The notes beneath the pieces were generated by a model. The model saw only the letters and a program-made list of their open reading frames with translations, searched no databases and had not been told where the DNA came from. The translations under genes and the position numbers were made by a program. Of a stretch of DNA of 64,000 nucleotides, positions 12,288-28,995 are shown piece after piece. This stretch comes from Eledone cirrhosa (taxonomy: Eukaryota). Every line of letters starts with the position of its first letter. Position 1 is the first letter of the stretch. The stretch spans positions 253,890,001-253,954,000 of the forward strand of contig OZ024743.1 in NCBI GenBank assembly GCA_964016885.1, written 5' to 3'.

Positions 12288-13471
12288 TTATACTTCTCTT
12301 AGGTCAGTGTTGTTTGTTTGGGTGTTGTTGTTGTTCCACTCATTCTTTCTGTTTAGCTTTGGTCTTCTAATTTCTATTTCACTGGCCTCTCTGATTTGCC
12401 TATCTGCTGGGTCATTCCTATGTTTAGATATTATTCTAATTTCTATGTTGTCTATGTTACCGTCATGATGTTGTCTAGCATGTTCGTATAGTACTGACCC
12501 GTTTTTTCGTCCTTTTAGTTCCCCCCAGTGTTGGTCTATCCTTTCACCTATGCTACGAGCTGTCTCACCTATGTATGTTGTTGTCGTGTTTCTGCAAGTA
12601 CCCTCTGTACATCTTATGCTATAGACTACGTTTCTAGTTTTACAGTTTATCCGGGGGTTCACCTTACATATGATACATTTCCTATTGGTACAGTGGGTTT
12701 TCTTAAAAGGGTAGGTTTTGCTGATCAGGGATTTTATGGTGGTTCCTGGCTTTTCTACCACCTTTATTTTTAAGTGGGTCTTTCTCAGGGCCTTTCTACA
12801 CTGGTTAGCTAATTTCCCTCCAGGGGTGGCGTCCACAAACATGACACTCTGATATCTCTGGTTGTCGTACCATGATGTGGCCTTCCCTATCTTATGTCTA
12901 GCCCTATCTAAGCTATTCCATGATTTGCTCCTGTATAGTGGGCAAATTCCTTTCATGTCCAGTTCTATGAGGGTCTTATACTTTTCCATGGCTCCTTCGT
13001 ATACTCTGACTCTGTCTCTTTGGTTGTAGCCAGAGAACTGCATGCGGTTGATGAAGTGTTGGATGTGTCCTTCCATTTCTGTTGGGTCGCACATGCTGGA
13101 CACATTCTTCATCACTCGTACCAAATCTGCGATCAGAATATTAAACTTAGCACTACTGGACATTGCTGAGTTTTTGAGTATCAGGTATTTGGAGGCCATG
13201 GGTTTAGCATAGTGTGAGTGGAGAATTTGGGCTCTCTCGTCTATAGTGTTAATCCAGAGTTCTGTGTCTAATACAGGTAGTCTATTGTTAGGGTGTTTGG
13301 AAGGGAAGTCTATAGTTACAGTTATACTCTGGTGTATGGAATTAGCTATCTGCTGGATGCTTTCCATCGTGCTACGTTCTAAATCAAACTTGTTAGTGCT
13401 CTCTAGTGGGGGTGTTCTTATAACTATATTGATATCGTCTACATAACGAGAGTACATGATGAGGTCTATGG
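12288..13471 (-). pseudogene. Inverted duplicate of the C-terminal half of the PLE ORF (from IDLIMYSRYVDD to the stop codon)
   Basis: Translation identical to the C-terminal part of 13890-16250. The hydrophobic N-terminus in the ORF track is the antisense of the Asn-rich region. Confidence 0.93.
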
Positions 13472-13889
13472 TAATAATACTAGCGATAGACAGAACAACA
13501 ACAACCACAATAATAATAATAATAGAAACGTTAACCACAGACACAGCAACAGTGACCACAGTAGTAATAACGGTAACAATACGAACAACAACAACAACAA
13601 TAACCACAGTGGTAATAATGGAAATAGTACATGTAGCAACATCAACAAAAACAAGAAACATAATAATAGTAACAACCACAATGGTAGAAATAGCAGTAAC
13701 AACAACAATAACGGTGAAGTAAACAACAATACATCTAGCAATCATAACAATAATAATATTAATGCTAAGGATAGAAACAACAACAACCACCATGATAACA
13801 ATAATAGCAACACACACAACTATGACGATAGAAATAACGACAACCCCTTAGAGAAACTATTTTTCAACCCAGCTGACAAAACATATAAG

Positions 13890-16250
13890 ATGGGTAATAT
13901 CTATCCTACGAGGTTACCCTTTAATAAAAGAGTTTGCATACCACAACAAATAGATGACGAGACGGAGGCACAGTTCACCATAGCTAGAAATAAGATTAGA
14001 CAAGTAGTAGACAGGTACACTATGAGACAGAGCAGACCAGAGGCCCAACAACTTGGGATAAAACCTGTAGAAGGCTTGGTTAGCCTCAAGCAGCGCACAA
14101 GGGATGGTGAGGTAGTGTGTCTACCCACAGATAAGTCTGGTAGGATGTCAATAGATAGCATGCCGAACTACATCGAGGCAATGCAACCCCACATCACCAA
14201 CACGAGCGAAGTTGCACAACTAACACACGATGGGAGAGAAAAAATCCTCAACGCTCACATGATGATGTGGACTGACATCCTAAAGCCAAGCAGACGCACT
14301 GCCAACAACTTCCAGGCGTCTAACAATGGCATACCACCCTTGTATGGGCTCCGCAAAGACCACAAGACAGTCGACGACCCGACAATAGGACCACCAACAA
14401 GACCTGTATGCGGAGCTAATATAGCTAGCAACTACAGGATCTCCTACTTCCTCTCAATGGTTATACGCCCCATAATCAAGATGTCCCCAGATGTATGTGA
14501 AAGTACAGAGGACCTCCTCAGCAGAATCAGTGAGTGCAACAAAAACAGGAGCCTATCCAACTGCATAATAGGCAGCATGGATGTGGTGTCACTGTACCCA
14601 TCCATTAACATTGATTTTGCTGTGAAAAGATGTGTGGAGATGATCATTGAGAGTGAGGTGGAGTTCTGCGACGTCGACACAGACGAACTGGGCCTCCTAC
14701 TTAGACTTACCTACGACACTGACTACCTAGACAGCCATGACCTTAGATGTTTCTGCCCTAGTAGACCTATAAGAGGTAGACCCCCCACCATAACCTCAAT
14801 GGCTAAAAAGACTCCCATAGGAAGGTGGATTGGGTGGACCAAAGCTATACGGACCCCCCAAAACACTGATCAGGTAAGAAAAATGGTCGCACATGCAATA
14901 GGGGCTAGTATCAAAACTACCCTAAAGGGCCACATATTTAAGTTCAATGAGAAAATCTACACCCAAAATGAGGGAGCAGCCATCGGCGTCAGCATAGCTG
15001 GCGATGTTGCCAACCTTTTCATGGTATGGTGGGAAAGGAGACTTAAAGATCTCCTTAATGAAAGCTCCATAGACCTCATCATGTACTCTCGTTATGTAGA
15101 CGATATCAATATAGTTATAAGAACACCCCCACTAGAGAGCACTAACAAGTTTGATTTAGAACGTAGCACGATGGAAAGCATCCAGCAGATAGCTAATTCC
15201 ATACACCAGAGTATAACTGTAACTATAGACTTCCCTTCCAAACACCCTAACAATAGACTACCTGTATTAGACACAGAACTCTGGATTAACACTATAGACG
15301 AGAGAGCCCAAATTCTCCACTCACACTATGCTAAACCCATGGCCTCCAAATACCTGATACTCAAAAACTCAGCAATGTCCAGTAGTGCTAAGTTTAATAT
15401 TCTGATCGCAGATTTGGTACGAGTGATGAAGAATGTGTCCAGCATGTGCGACCCAACAGAAATGGAAGGACACATCCAACACTTCATCAACCGCATGCAG
15501 TTCTCTGGCTACAACCAAAGAGACAGAGTCAGAGTATACGAAGGAGCCATGGAAAAGTATAAGACCCTCATAGAACTGGACATGAAAGGAATTTGCCCAC
15601 TATACAGGAGCAAATCATGGAATAGCTTAGATAGGGCTAGACATAAGATAGGGAAGGCCACATCATGGTACGACAACCAGAGATATCAGAGTGTCATGTT
15701 TGTGGACGCCACCCCTGGAGGGAAATTAGCTAACCAGTGTAGAAAGGCCCTGAGAAAGACCCACTTAAAAATAAAGGTGGTAGAAAAGCCAGGAACCACC
15801 ATAAAATCCCTGATCAGCAAAACCTACCCTTTTAAGAAAACCCACTGTACCAATAGGAAATGTATCATATGTAAGGTGAACCCCCGGATAAACTGTAAAA
15901 CTAGAAACGTAGTCTATAGCATAAGATGTACAGAGGGTACTTGCAGAAACACGACAACAACATACATAGGTGAGACAGCTCGTAGCATAGGTGAAAGGAT
16001 AGACCAACACTGGGGGGAACTAAAAGGACGAAAAAACGGGTCAGTACTATACGAACATGCTAGACAACATCATGACGGTAACATAGACAACATAGAAATT
16101 AGAATAATATCTAAACATAGGAATGACCCAGCAGATAGGCAAATCAGAGAGGCCAGTGAAATAGAAATTAGAAGACCAAAGCTAAACAGAAAGAATGAGT
16201 GGAACAACAACAACACCCAAACAAACAACACTGACCTAAGAGAAGTATAA
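13890..16250 (+). CDS. Penelope-like reverse transcriptase / GIY-YIG endonuclease polyprotein; frame is open upstream to about 13473 through an Asn-rich region
   Basis: RT motifs GSMDVVSLYPSI, QNEGAAIG..ANLFM and YSRYVDDI. Cys linker CTNRKCIIC..C. GIY-YIG motifs NVVYSIRC..YIGETARSIGERIDQH, REASEI and LNRKNEW. Confidence 0.95.
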   Translation: MGNIYPTRLPFNKRVCIPQQIDDETEAQFTIARNKIRQVVDRYTMRQSRPEAQQLGIKPVEGLVSLKQRTRDGEVVCLPTDKSGRMSIDSMPNYIEAMQPHITNTSEVAQLTHDGREKILNAHMMMWTDILKPSRRTANNFQASNNGIPPLYGLRKDHKTVDDPTIGPPTRPVCGANIASNYRISYFLSMVIRPIIKMSPDVCESTEDLLSRISECNKNRSLSNCIIGSMDVVSLYPSINIDFAVKRCVEMIIESEVEFCDVDTDELGLLLRLTYDTDYLDSHDLRCFCPSRPIRGRPPTITSMAKKTPIGRWIGWTKAIRTPQNTDQVRKMVAHAIGASIKTTLKGHIFKFNEKIYTQNEGAAIGVSIAGDVANLFMVWWERRLKDLLNESSIDLIMYSRYVDDINIVIRTPPLESTNKFDLERSTMESIQQIANSIHQSITVTIDFPSKHPNNRLPVLDTELWINTIDERAQILHSHYAKPMASKYLILKNSAMSSSAKFNILIADLVRVMKNVSSMCDPTEMEGHIQHFINRMQFSGYNQRDRVRVYEGAMEKYKTLIELDMKGICPLYRSKSWNSLDRARHKIGKATSWYDNQRYQSVMFVDATPGGKLANQCRKALRKTHLKIKVVEKPGTTIKSLISKTYPFKKTHCTNRKCIICKVNPRINCKTRNVVYSIRCTEGTCRNTTTTYIGETARSIGERIDQHWGELKGRKNGSVLYEHARQHHDGNIDNIEIRIISKHRNDPADRQIREASEIEIRRPKLNRKNEWNNNNTQTNNTDLREV

Positions 16251-16530
16251 ATAAATAAGTAAATTAAATTAAATAAAATAAGATAAATAAATACATACAC
16301 AAGCACATAAACACACACTAGTCACCCAGCAGACAACACTATACACACTAGTCACACATCACACATCACACATAACACTATACACACACGCAAACGCATG
16401 CGCAAAGAAGACAAAATAAAATAAGATAAACAAACAAGCAAATAAATAAATAAATATATAGACAGACTGAACAAAAAAAAAAATGGCGTAGACATACAAC
16501 ACAACAGGAGGAACAATGAATATAACACCA

Positions 16531-16573
16531 CTGACGATGTTGCAGATGTGCAACGAAAGATTTATGTAAACTA
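16531..16573 (+). ncRNA. Minimal type I hammerhead ribozyme motif in the PLE 3' UTR (mirror copy at about 11964-12006, minus strand)
   Basis: CTGACGA-T-GTTGCA-gatg-TGCAAC-GAAA, followed by a near-palindromic stem III (GATTTATGTAAAC-TA). Stem I is weak. Confidence 0.75.
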
Positions 16574-16771
16574 TATATATATGTGTTTGTCTATATTGTA
16601 TCTGTATTATTTTTGACCGCCGGTCAGTCAATGGCAACATTGAGGACCGAGTAAGTTAGATCGCAGATATATATATATAAAAGACAGCGAGAAGCGAAAA
16701 CCAACCAAACAGTGAGTGTGTTCTGTTATTAATTCTGGCAATATTACGCAAATATGACCCTCCCCAAATAT

Positions 16772-16827
<56 letters not shown>

Positions 16828-17571
16828 AGAGAGAGAGATGTATATATACATGCAAATACAACATACTCATCCTGGTCAGTGCCATACATTAGTAGCTAAC
16901 TCAGAATAACAACTGGATAACGATTTAGCACTGAACAAATAAACGGCTCTTCTACCACTAAGTTCACTTTTATGTTATTTACGCACACAAACACATATAT
17001 ACATATATATAGAGAGATATAGATAGATATGATGCTGTCATAGTTATTTTTAAGGAGTTTGCTTCACAACAACTCGGTTTTGATTTCTATCTATTATGTA
17101 GCACGATTCCCTCCGAATGAAACAGTTCTAGCCATGTAGAAGCCATTTCTACATTAAATTTGATGTTTACACTCTACTACTGTATTGAGTACCTTAATAA
17201 CTCTCGTTTTCCCCGCTTGAACCCGAGACCTACACACACACACACACATCTATATATATATTGTTGAACAAATAAAACGGAACCAACACATGGATGAAAA
17301 AATGCAGTCTTATTAGGTTCACGCTTAGATTAAGTGAAGTGAAGTACTACATTTCAGACGGAAGTTGGAAAGTTCGGATAGGAAGTGAGTAGATGGTAAT
17401 ATGAAAGTTGTTACATGAAAGTTTTGAAAAGATTGTTAGGTTAGAGGTGGTAGTTGAGGGGTCCGGCATTCCTCTAGCGGGCGTTGGCAATTTCTTTTTT
17501 CGTCTTTTAAAGTTCTTCACCCTATTTTCTTAAGCTATCGTTATACCACTTCTGCGCTTGAGCGCATTCTT

Positions 17572-17825
<254 letters not shown>

Positions 17826-17844
17826 GATATTAAATAAATGGAAA

Positions 17845-17893
17845 CTATATATATTTCAAGGGTACCAAAACTTCGGTACGCTTTCATCAGATA
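17845..17893 (-). ncRNA. Hammerhead ribozyme motif in an isolated pLTR-like fragment next to (TA)n
   Basis: Minus strand reads CTGATGA-AAGCGTACC-gaagtttt-GGTACCCTT-GAAA-TATATA-TA. Confidence 0.6.
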
Positions 17894-18297
17894 AAATACA
17901 AAGTGTGTTTTATAAATTTTGACATAGCCAAGGAAACATACCTTATCAGTTGAATTTCCCTTGAAAGCAGTAATTTATTGCTTAAACTTTTAATTTGCAC
18001 TAATAATAAATATTTGCTTTTCGGGTTTATATATATTTATATATATTTAACGAAGGGTAAAAGTAAGAAATTGTTAGAAGGGAATTAACATGATCGTTAG
18101 ATGTAATAACAAAAATGGCCGATTTAGTTTATATATAAAGGTTTACTTCACTTCAGTCAAAAAGAACAATAAACATTACCATTTGTTGCGAACGTTGACA
18201 ATGTTATTTTGTTGTTGGTTCATGAGGCTGGTGTAGTCTGCGACCAAGAGAGAGAGAGAGAGAGAGAGAGAGTAATGGTCTGTAATTGATTGTAGAC

Positions 18298-18535
18298 CAC
18301 TGTGGCCTGTAGATAGCGGTGAATCTTTCACATATCTTGCAATAGCGTACTGCTCCGATCGATCTGCATGTCTGTAGATCTCTGTGGCTTGAAGGTAGCG
18401 GTGAATCTTTCACATAGCTTGTCTGTATCGTGGTGCTCCGATATCTCTGTATGTCTGTAGAGCTCTGGGGCCTGAAGGTAGTGGTGAATCTTTCACATGG
18501 CTTGTTTGTATCGTGGTGCTCCGATCTCTCTGTAT
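18298..18535 (+). repeat. Tandem repeat, 3 copies of approx. 82 bp
   Basis: GGTGAATCTTTCACAT at 18318, 18400 and 18483, with TGCTCCGAT in each unit. Confidence 0.9.
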
Positions 18536-18886
18536 CTAAGGTGGGAAAATATAGGTTTTATATACCTGTCGCTTTCTGTCTCCCACCTTGAGGGGATAGC
18601 CCACGCATGGACCTGTTCATACCAAAAGGGTGGCGACCCAGAGTTTGACCTTTAGGTGTCACCCAAGGTTCAAGGCGTGGACAGATTTCGCTACATATAT
18701 ACAATCCTTATGGCCTCCTCTTCAGATTTTGGACTTTGTATTTATTATTACGATATATATATATTCTCAGCGGTTATAAGCCGAAATTTCGCCAACGTAC
18801 ACTGTTTGTTTCCATACGGATATTTGTCTGTTAGTCTGCCTGACCGCTGATATCTGAAAGTTGTTGTCCAGCTAACGAGTTAACGC

Positions 18887-19001
18887 GACGGAAAGTGTGT
18901 TGTCTAAATGTCCTTAGTTTAATGGTTAAAGCGACTAGTCAGTGTCTGGAAGATATGGGTTTCATTTCCCCATAGCGGCCGTTGGCATCTTACTTTCCGT
19001 C
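18887..19001 (+). other. Degenerate tRNA-like (Thr-like) Pol III head enclosed by a 10-bp inverted repeat
   Basis: TAGTTTAATGGTTAAAGCG (A-box/D-arm) and GGGTTTCATTTCCC (B-box-like), bracketed by GACGGAAAGT / ACTTTCCGTC. Confidence 0.55.
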
Positions 19002-20429
19002 TCTTATGGATCTGCATCCTAATTTATGTAAACTATCTTTATATAGCACTTCGGCGCTGATTTGAGCGCGTGGCCTTAGCTTGTGTTATGTTGGTGTATA
19101 TGGATCGTACATCAAGGCTGTTCGACATCAAATACCCAACAGCCTATGGTTCCCTAAGTCTACGCGATTTTACTCTATCCATAGCTTCAGGAAAGGCCAA
19201 CTTCAGTGTCTATGAGAAGCAAGCCAATAGAAATGTCTTCCTCTACGAAAACTAAACATGTACACAAAGCCTAAAATTATACACCACACCGACAGATTCG
19301 ACGAGGTCACCAAGCAAGATCCATGCTAAACAACATTCAGAAATTGCTGTTAAAGAGAGATTATGAACACCACAACAAGCATCACGAACAACGATGGCAC
19401 TAGCAGCAACAACGAAACAGGTGAATCGAGCAACGACAGCAACAATACAATTAAAAACAAATTACCAACTTCAACAAGGAAAACAACATCAACAACTGAA
19501 CCAAGAATAACACCAAAAACGACTGCAACAGCGACTACAGCAACACCAGACAACAGCAGAACACCGCTTCCGACTACACCGCCTTCACCAGCACCAACCA
19601 CCACCAGCAACAACAGCAACGCGTTGTCGTTCTTGATAGTAGTGGCTACAATAGTAACATGAACAACAGCAACAAGAGGAATAATAGCGACAGCATCACT
19701 ACGACAACAACAGAGACAAGGTTGAGAAGGATACCCTGCTGAAGGAGAAATGTTTGTGTGTATACATGGCAGAGAGACAGGTTTTTTGAATGACGCCATT
19801 TTTCTTGGAGGGCGTATTTGTTAAATGCAAAGTTCAAATTGGAATTTCGCCCAGGAAGGCTAAATAACAATTACTTTCGACCACTTCAAGAGAAGCGGGG
19901 TGTGTTTAGAAACAAAACAATATAATTTTTTCAAAATACGTTCGCAATTTAATTGTACAAAAATCGCAAAAGTGCGGGAACAAAAATTCCTGCGACGTGT
20001 ATAATTCCACAATAATAATCCAGCTGTCAGCGTCGAGTCTCGCTTTCCTTTTCGTCATTTTCATTTTCCTTTTTCGTTTCGTCATCTCCACACAGTAAAT
20101 GTCAGGTGAAAACCATTTCGTTCTCTTCGTCATAAAGCAGCGGCCGAGAAGTGGATGATGCTGATGTATTTACAACAATAAAGGTAGCAACAGCGTGGTG
20201 ACATTGGCGGCGGCAGCAGCAGTCAGCACATTTATATGGACCGAGACCTTCCAGAGGTGTGCTGTGTTGGGTCGTCTTCAGGCGACTTACGAACTCGGAC
20301 CATATCCTACCCAGACTGCCTCGTGGGAGACTAACCGTTTTTTCTATAACCTGGGGGGGGGGCAACCCCCACCCTGTATTTCCGGTTAATCCTCCTCCTG
20401 GCGGGCAACATCAAGATCAACCCCGAACC

Positions 20430-20760
20430 CATCTGCCCAGGGTGTGCCAAGATGATTCGCCGTGACTTCGCACTATTCATCTGCACGACCTGCCGACGCG
20501 ATTTCCACAGGAAATGTAGCGGCTTGACTCGAGTACAACAGAATAGTCATCAAAGCGTCGTCTTCAGTTCCTACTGGGGAATAGCCGTCGTGCCAACGCT
20601 TATATCGCCATCAAGTGATCAACATCTCCAATGTCACCTATGCAAGGGAAAGATCCGCACAAACACCAAACCGATCAAATGTCAATCATGCTCAAACAAT
20701 GCGCAAAGACAATGAGTGGATTGTTATCACTACCAAATCGGCTCCAGCATGGATGAACTC
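20430..20760 (+). pseudogene. Decayed PHD-finger-like region, probably a LINE ORF1 or N-terminus remnant
   Basis: CTTCRRDFHRKCSGL and CHLCKGKIRTNTKPIKCQSC motifs, disrupted by frameshift/stop. Confidence 0.55.
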
Positions 20761-21299
20761 GTGCGTCTCCGACACGCCAGTCTAGCGCTACTGAGGGTAA
20801 TCCTCAGACGCCTGCGGTAAAAAAATATAAATAAATAAATAAGTAAATAAATAAATAAAAAATAAATAAAACAGTAACACCAACAACAACAACATCACCA
20901 ACAACAATGTGACCGTCAACAACGCCGGCAACAGCAACACGGACAACAAGAAGAACATTTTCGTTGCTGCAGCAGCCAAAAGAAGGCTATGCTTTAGCAT
21001 GTATCTTTGCCAAAAAGAGGAAAGTTGGCCCAGGCATGGCAGCTAATTAAACAAAAGCTAACCTGCGCACCTTAACCGTCCCGGTAGAGGCCATAGAAGC
21101 AGTGGAGAAATGAACGGTGGTCTGTAGACAAGAAAAGTGATGATCAGGCAGAAGTCGAAGCTGCGCTGAAGTGCATCAGAGATGACATGGACTACATAAC
21201 GAGAACTGTCTACACCGTGGACTGAGCATGTCGTGGCTAATGCGCAAAACATGCGCTGAGGCTGTGGCATTTCCAGATATTCTGCCTAAATAATGATCA

Positions 21300-21995
21300 G
21301 GTTGTCGTCACCGTTTGTGAAACAGGCCTTTCCCTAACTCGTCTCTTTGATTGAACAGCAGTTCTTGGTCAAGAAGAGACCGAGACTGGGCATCTGGCAT
21401 CTAGAACGTTGCCAGGCACTCACTACCCTCTACCCGGTGGGTAATGCGGTCAGTGGAACTTCTACTCTCGTGTTCGTGTTCTATAGAGAATTAGTGGTGG
21501 CAATTGTGACTACGCACTCGGGGAGACTCTGGGCATTGATGAAATCGAACTGACCAATCTGTTCCGGAGGACATTTAAGCCAGTTCCATGGATAAACTTC
21601 CTGAAATTCCTCGTTTGGCAGTGCTACCGGGGGGGGGGGGGGCAATGGTGGTTTGAGATAAACCCTACAGGTACAGAAGTGCTGTCAGGTGGACCTGCTA
21701 AAGATGCACGTGGAACGACGACATCTTTCTGCACGCACTCGTTCAATGTCCGTGCATTAAGGACTTGTGGAGTTATGTCGAACAGCTGTTGTCGCGTATA
21801 GAACGGATCCGGCTATCAACCGAGCCCATAGTGAAGATCTCCCCGCCTTTTTTGCCGAGAATGGCAGGCAGTCTTTCTTTGCCTGATGGTGGTAGCGAAA
21901 GAGGTTGTGTGGTGGACCAGGCTGAAAAGACTGAACATAGACCATTTTCTCTTCGGTCAATCCCTCATCAACTTTTTCAAGATTCACTTGGAAAG
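21300..21995 (+). pseudogene. Decayed Tx1/L1-clade LINE 3' fragment, cut by the assembly gap
   Basis: Clear DNA similarity to the minus strand of 41350-42050, e.g. GACTTGTGG..TTATGTCGAACA..CTGT(T/C)GCG and LWSYVEQLLSRI. Confidence 0.75.
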
Positions 21996-22195
21996 NNNNN
22001 NNNNNNNNNNNNNNNNNNNNNNNNNNNNNNNNNNNNNNNNNNNNNNNNNNNNNNNNNNNNNNNNNNNNNNNNNNNNNNNNNNNNNNNNNNNNNNNNNNNN
22101 NNNNNNNNNNNNNNNNNNNNNNNNNNNNNNNNNNNNNNNNNNNNNNNNNNNNNNNNNNNNNNNNNNNNNNNNNNNNNNNNNNNNNNNNNNNNNNN
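21996..22195. other. Assembly gap (200 N)
   Basis: Run of N. Confidence 1.
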
Positions 22196-22292
22196 ATATA
22201 TATATTATATATGTATGTAATTATATATGTATATATATATTATATATATATATATAATTATATATATATATATAATTATATATATATATATA

Positions 22293-22371
<79 letters not shown>

Positions 22372-22372
22372 G

Positions 22373-22440
<68 letters not shown>

Positions 22441-22527
22441 CATACATGTTGGCTGCCCCCTCGTTATCGTGTATGGCCATTGCACGAGAAAAAAATAAAT
22501 AAATAAAAATAAAATATATATATATAT

Positions 22528-22586
<59 letters not shown>

Positions 22587-22739
22587 TGTATATATATATA
22601 TATATATACATATATATTAATAACAATAATTATAATAATAACAACAATAATAATAACGACAACGGGAACAATAATAATATACATATATATATATACACAC
22701 ACACGCACACACATAAACATATCTATACACACACACACA

Positions 22740-23420
22740 CGATAGCAACTAACAGCGCTGCGATCGAATGTGGCTTTTTAGCCCAGCCAATGATCTAAAA
22801 TGTCTTGGACAGAGTCGGCAACCAAAACATTCATTGGAAATAGCCGGCTGTGGTTGGAGTTCATGTACTTTTGTATGTCATTTGATCCCTCCTGCTGATT
22901 TACATTCTCTACCACATGCTTGGCAAGCATGATGAGTAGCATCTCCAACAGCAGCCTGGTAGTCAACCACTGGTAGTCAAACACTTTTTCTTCATCGACA
23001 AATTCATAGTTGGAGCATAGAAACTCACCAGGGTCGCATATCTTCCTTTGTCCAGCGGAATTCTCATGGACATAAGACGCTCACTAATCCCTACTGGGAA
23101 TTCTTCTAATGTATTCACAAGAACAGTCTTAACAGCAAATCCTACCCCAGCCCCTCTTCTGGTTCCTTCATCTCTTCCTTTCCAGAAGAATGTATATTCT
23201 CCACAAAATTCTGTAAGATGACCATCTGTAGCTAACCTCGTCTCAGATAAAGCCACGATGTCAAGATCGTAACGCCGAAGGTCCTTTGCATCAAGAGCGA
23301 TCCTTCGTTCAGGACGCTCCAAGAAATCCCTGTCAAGCAGCGTCCGTACGTTCCAGCAGCCAAGACTAAATGTCTTGTTTGGCTCTATTACAATGGCACG
23401 ATAACGAGCGGGCCCAGGCT
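22740..23420 (-). pseudogene. RTE-clade LINE APE endonuclease fragment
   Basis: LGCWNVRTLLD, RYDLDIVALSETRL, YTFFWKG, GVGFAVK, ERLMSMRIPL and YAPT motifs. Confidence 0.88.
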
Positions 23421-23602
23421 GTGATAGCCTGGGGCCCCTGCCCTTATTGCCAATTATCTTTTTTGTTCCAGAACCTAAATTGCCAATTATCTCTTTTATA
23501 TTGTGATCCAGCATCATTGAATTGGAGAAAAAAAGAAAAAAAAGTAATAATAATAGTAACAATAATAATCATAATAATCATAATAATAATAATAATAATA
23601 AA

Positions 23603-24270
23603 AATGAAGGAATTGATAAGATCTGAATAAATTTGGAGAGTAAGGAGCGTATAAAAGTCACATCTGAACAGTAGGAATACCATAAGTGCAGTAAATTCTC
23701 GAGCTGTGTCTATTATTAGGTACAGTGCGGAAATTCTGAGATGGAATGTTGCTGAACAAAAAGAAATGGATAGGAAGACTAGGAAGCTATTCACTATCTA
23801 CAACATGTTCCACAAGAGATCTGAAGGTGGAAGAGGTATTATCAGCATAAAGGATTGTGTTCAGATGGAGAAAAACAACCTACACAAATACGTGACTGAT
23901 AGTAAGGAGCCAATGCTTAGAATTGTACTGAAAGAGAGAACAATAGACCAGGGGATGTCCAAGGAGGAAATAACAACAAGGAGAAAGAGCAGCCTTCATG
24001 AAAAATCCCTTCATAGTACCTTCTTTGAGAAAACTGAATTCAGAGATCCACAGACATGGAACTGGTTGAAAAGAGGGGACCTTAAAAAGGCTACAGAAGG
24101 AATGTTAATGGCTGCGCAAGAGCAGGCCCTCAAAACGAAGTTGTTGAAACACCATATTTACAAGGAGGAGGCTAGCCCACTGTGAAGGATCTGTGGAGAG
24201 AGAGAGGAGATTGTGGCTCACATTGTATCCGAGTATAAACACCTAGCCCAGACTCACTATACCATCCGAG
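23603..24270 (+). pseudogene. R4/Dong-clade LINE fragment (post-RT to zinc knuckle), starting at a (TAA)n tract
   Basis: IIRYSAEIL.W, MDRKTRKL, EGGRG, WLKRGDLKKATEGMLMAAQEQAL and ICGEREE.VAHIVSE. Confidence 0.8.
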
Positions 24271-24309
24271 TCTACCTCAACTGTTGTGGAAAATACTATC
24301 GATAATGAT

Positions 24310-28279
<3,970 letters not shown>

Positions 28280-28771
28280 GTTTGTTTGTGTTAAATGTTA
28301 CGCAAAAATGAGTGATAAAATAAGAGCAAAAATTGAAAAAATGCTAAGTGATGGGGGGGGGGGGGTCAATATGATCAATGAAATCCCTTTAGTGCCGTGT
28401 TCCAGCATAGTTGAAGCCAATAAATAAATAAAGGTAAATGAATGAGTTTACACAAACGCACACACCATAAACAGAAAGAAAACACAACTATACGCATGCA
28501 TGTGAATATATCTGATAATGTTTAGACTCCAAAACGAACCAGTAAAATTTATTCATTACGGATTACATACAGAATGAACTAGATATGAATAATCCAAAAT
28601 GTTGGTAAAATATCTGCTTGAAATGACATTGCACTTGTAATCCTTGATATCATTAAACCGATGGTCACTATCTGATCTATTAAATGCATCACTGTACATT
28701 ATCATTCATCTAACTGGGTTTCCTTGTCACAGAGAGAGAGAGAAAGAGAGAGAGAGGGAGAGAGAGAGAGG

Positions 28772-28806
<35 letters not shown>

Positions 28807-28929
28807 TGAGATAGAAAGAGAGGGATAAAATATTAATGATGGTTAAAATATATAGAATTCATGATATTAAGATATGTTTAAAATACTGTAGTATCGAAAA
28901 CTAGTAAACAATAATTGAATGAGTACTCA

Positions 28930-28995
28930 ATAATTGTTTCTACTTTTGGCACAAGGCCAGCAAATACCCCAGTGTATTACTGGTACTTTATTGTA
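28930..28995 (-). mobile_element. Nin/Deu-type SINE fragment
   Basis: Reverse complement of AAAGTACCAGTAAT..TGCTGGCCTTGTGCC..AGTAGAAACAATTATT seen at 8890-8950. Confidence 0.7.

Larger units (their letters stand above)
11701..16779 (+). mobile_element. Young Penelope-like retroelement insertion, 5'-truncated, with a 1.7-kb inverted copy of its 3' half (divergent arms), flanked by (TA)n
   Basis: 11758-13471 is an essentially perfect reverse complement of 15067-16779. Contains an RT + GIY-YIG ORF and an HHR in the 3' UTR. Confidence 0.95.

Noticed and set aside
13472-13817. Hydrophobic 'membrane' N-terminus of the minus-strand 509-aa ORF
   Set aside because: It is the antisense reading of the Asn-rich plus-strand frame, fused by the inversion.
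19363-19720. Thr/Ser-rich mucin-like ORF
   Set aside because: AAC-rich low-complexity stretch among LINE debris, with no splice or domain support.
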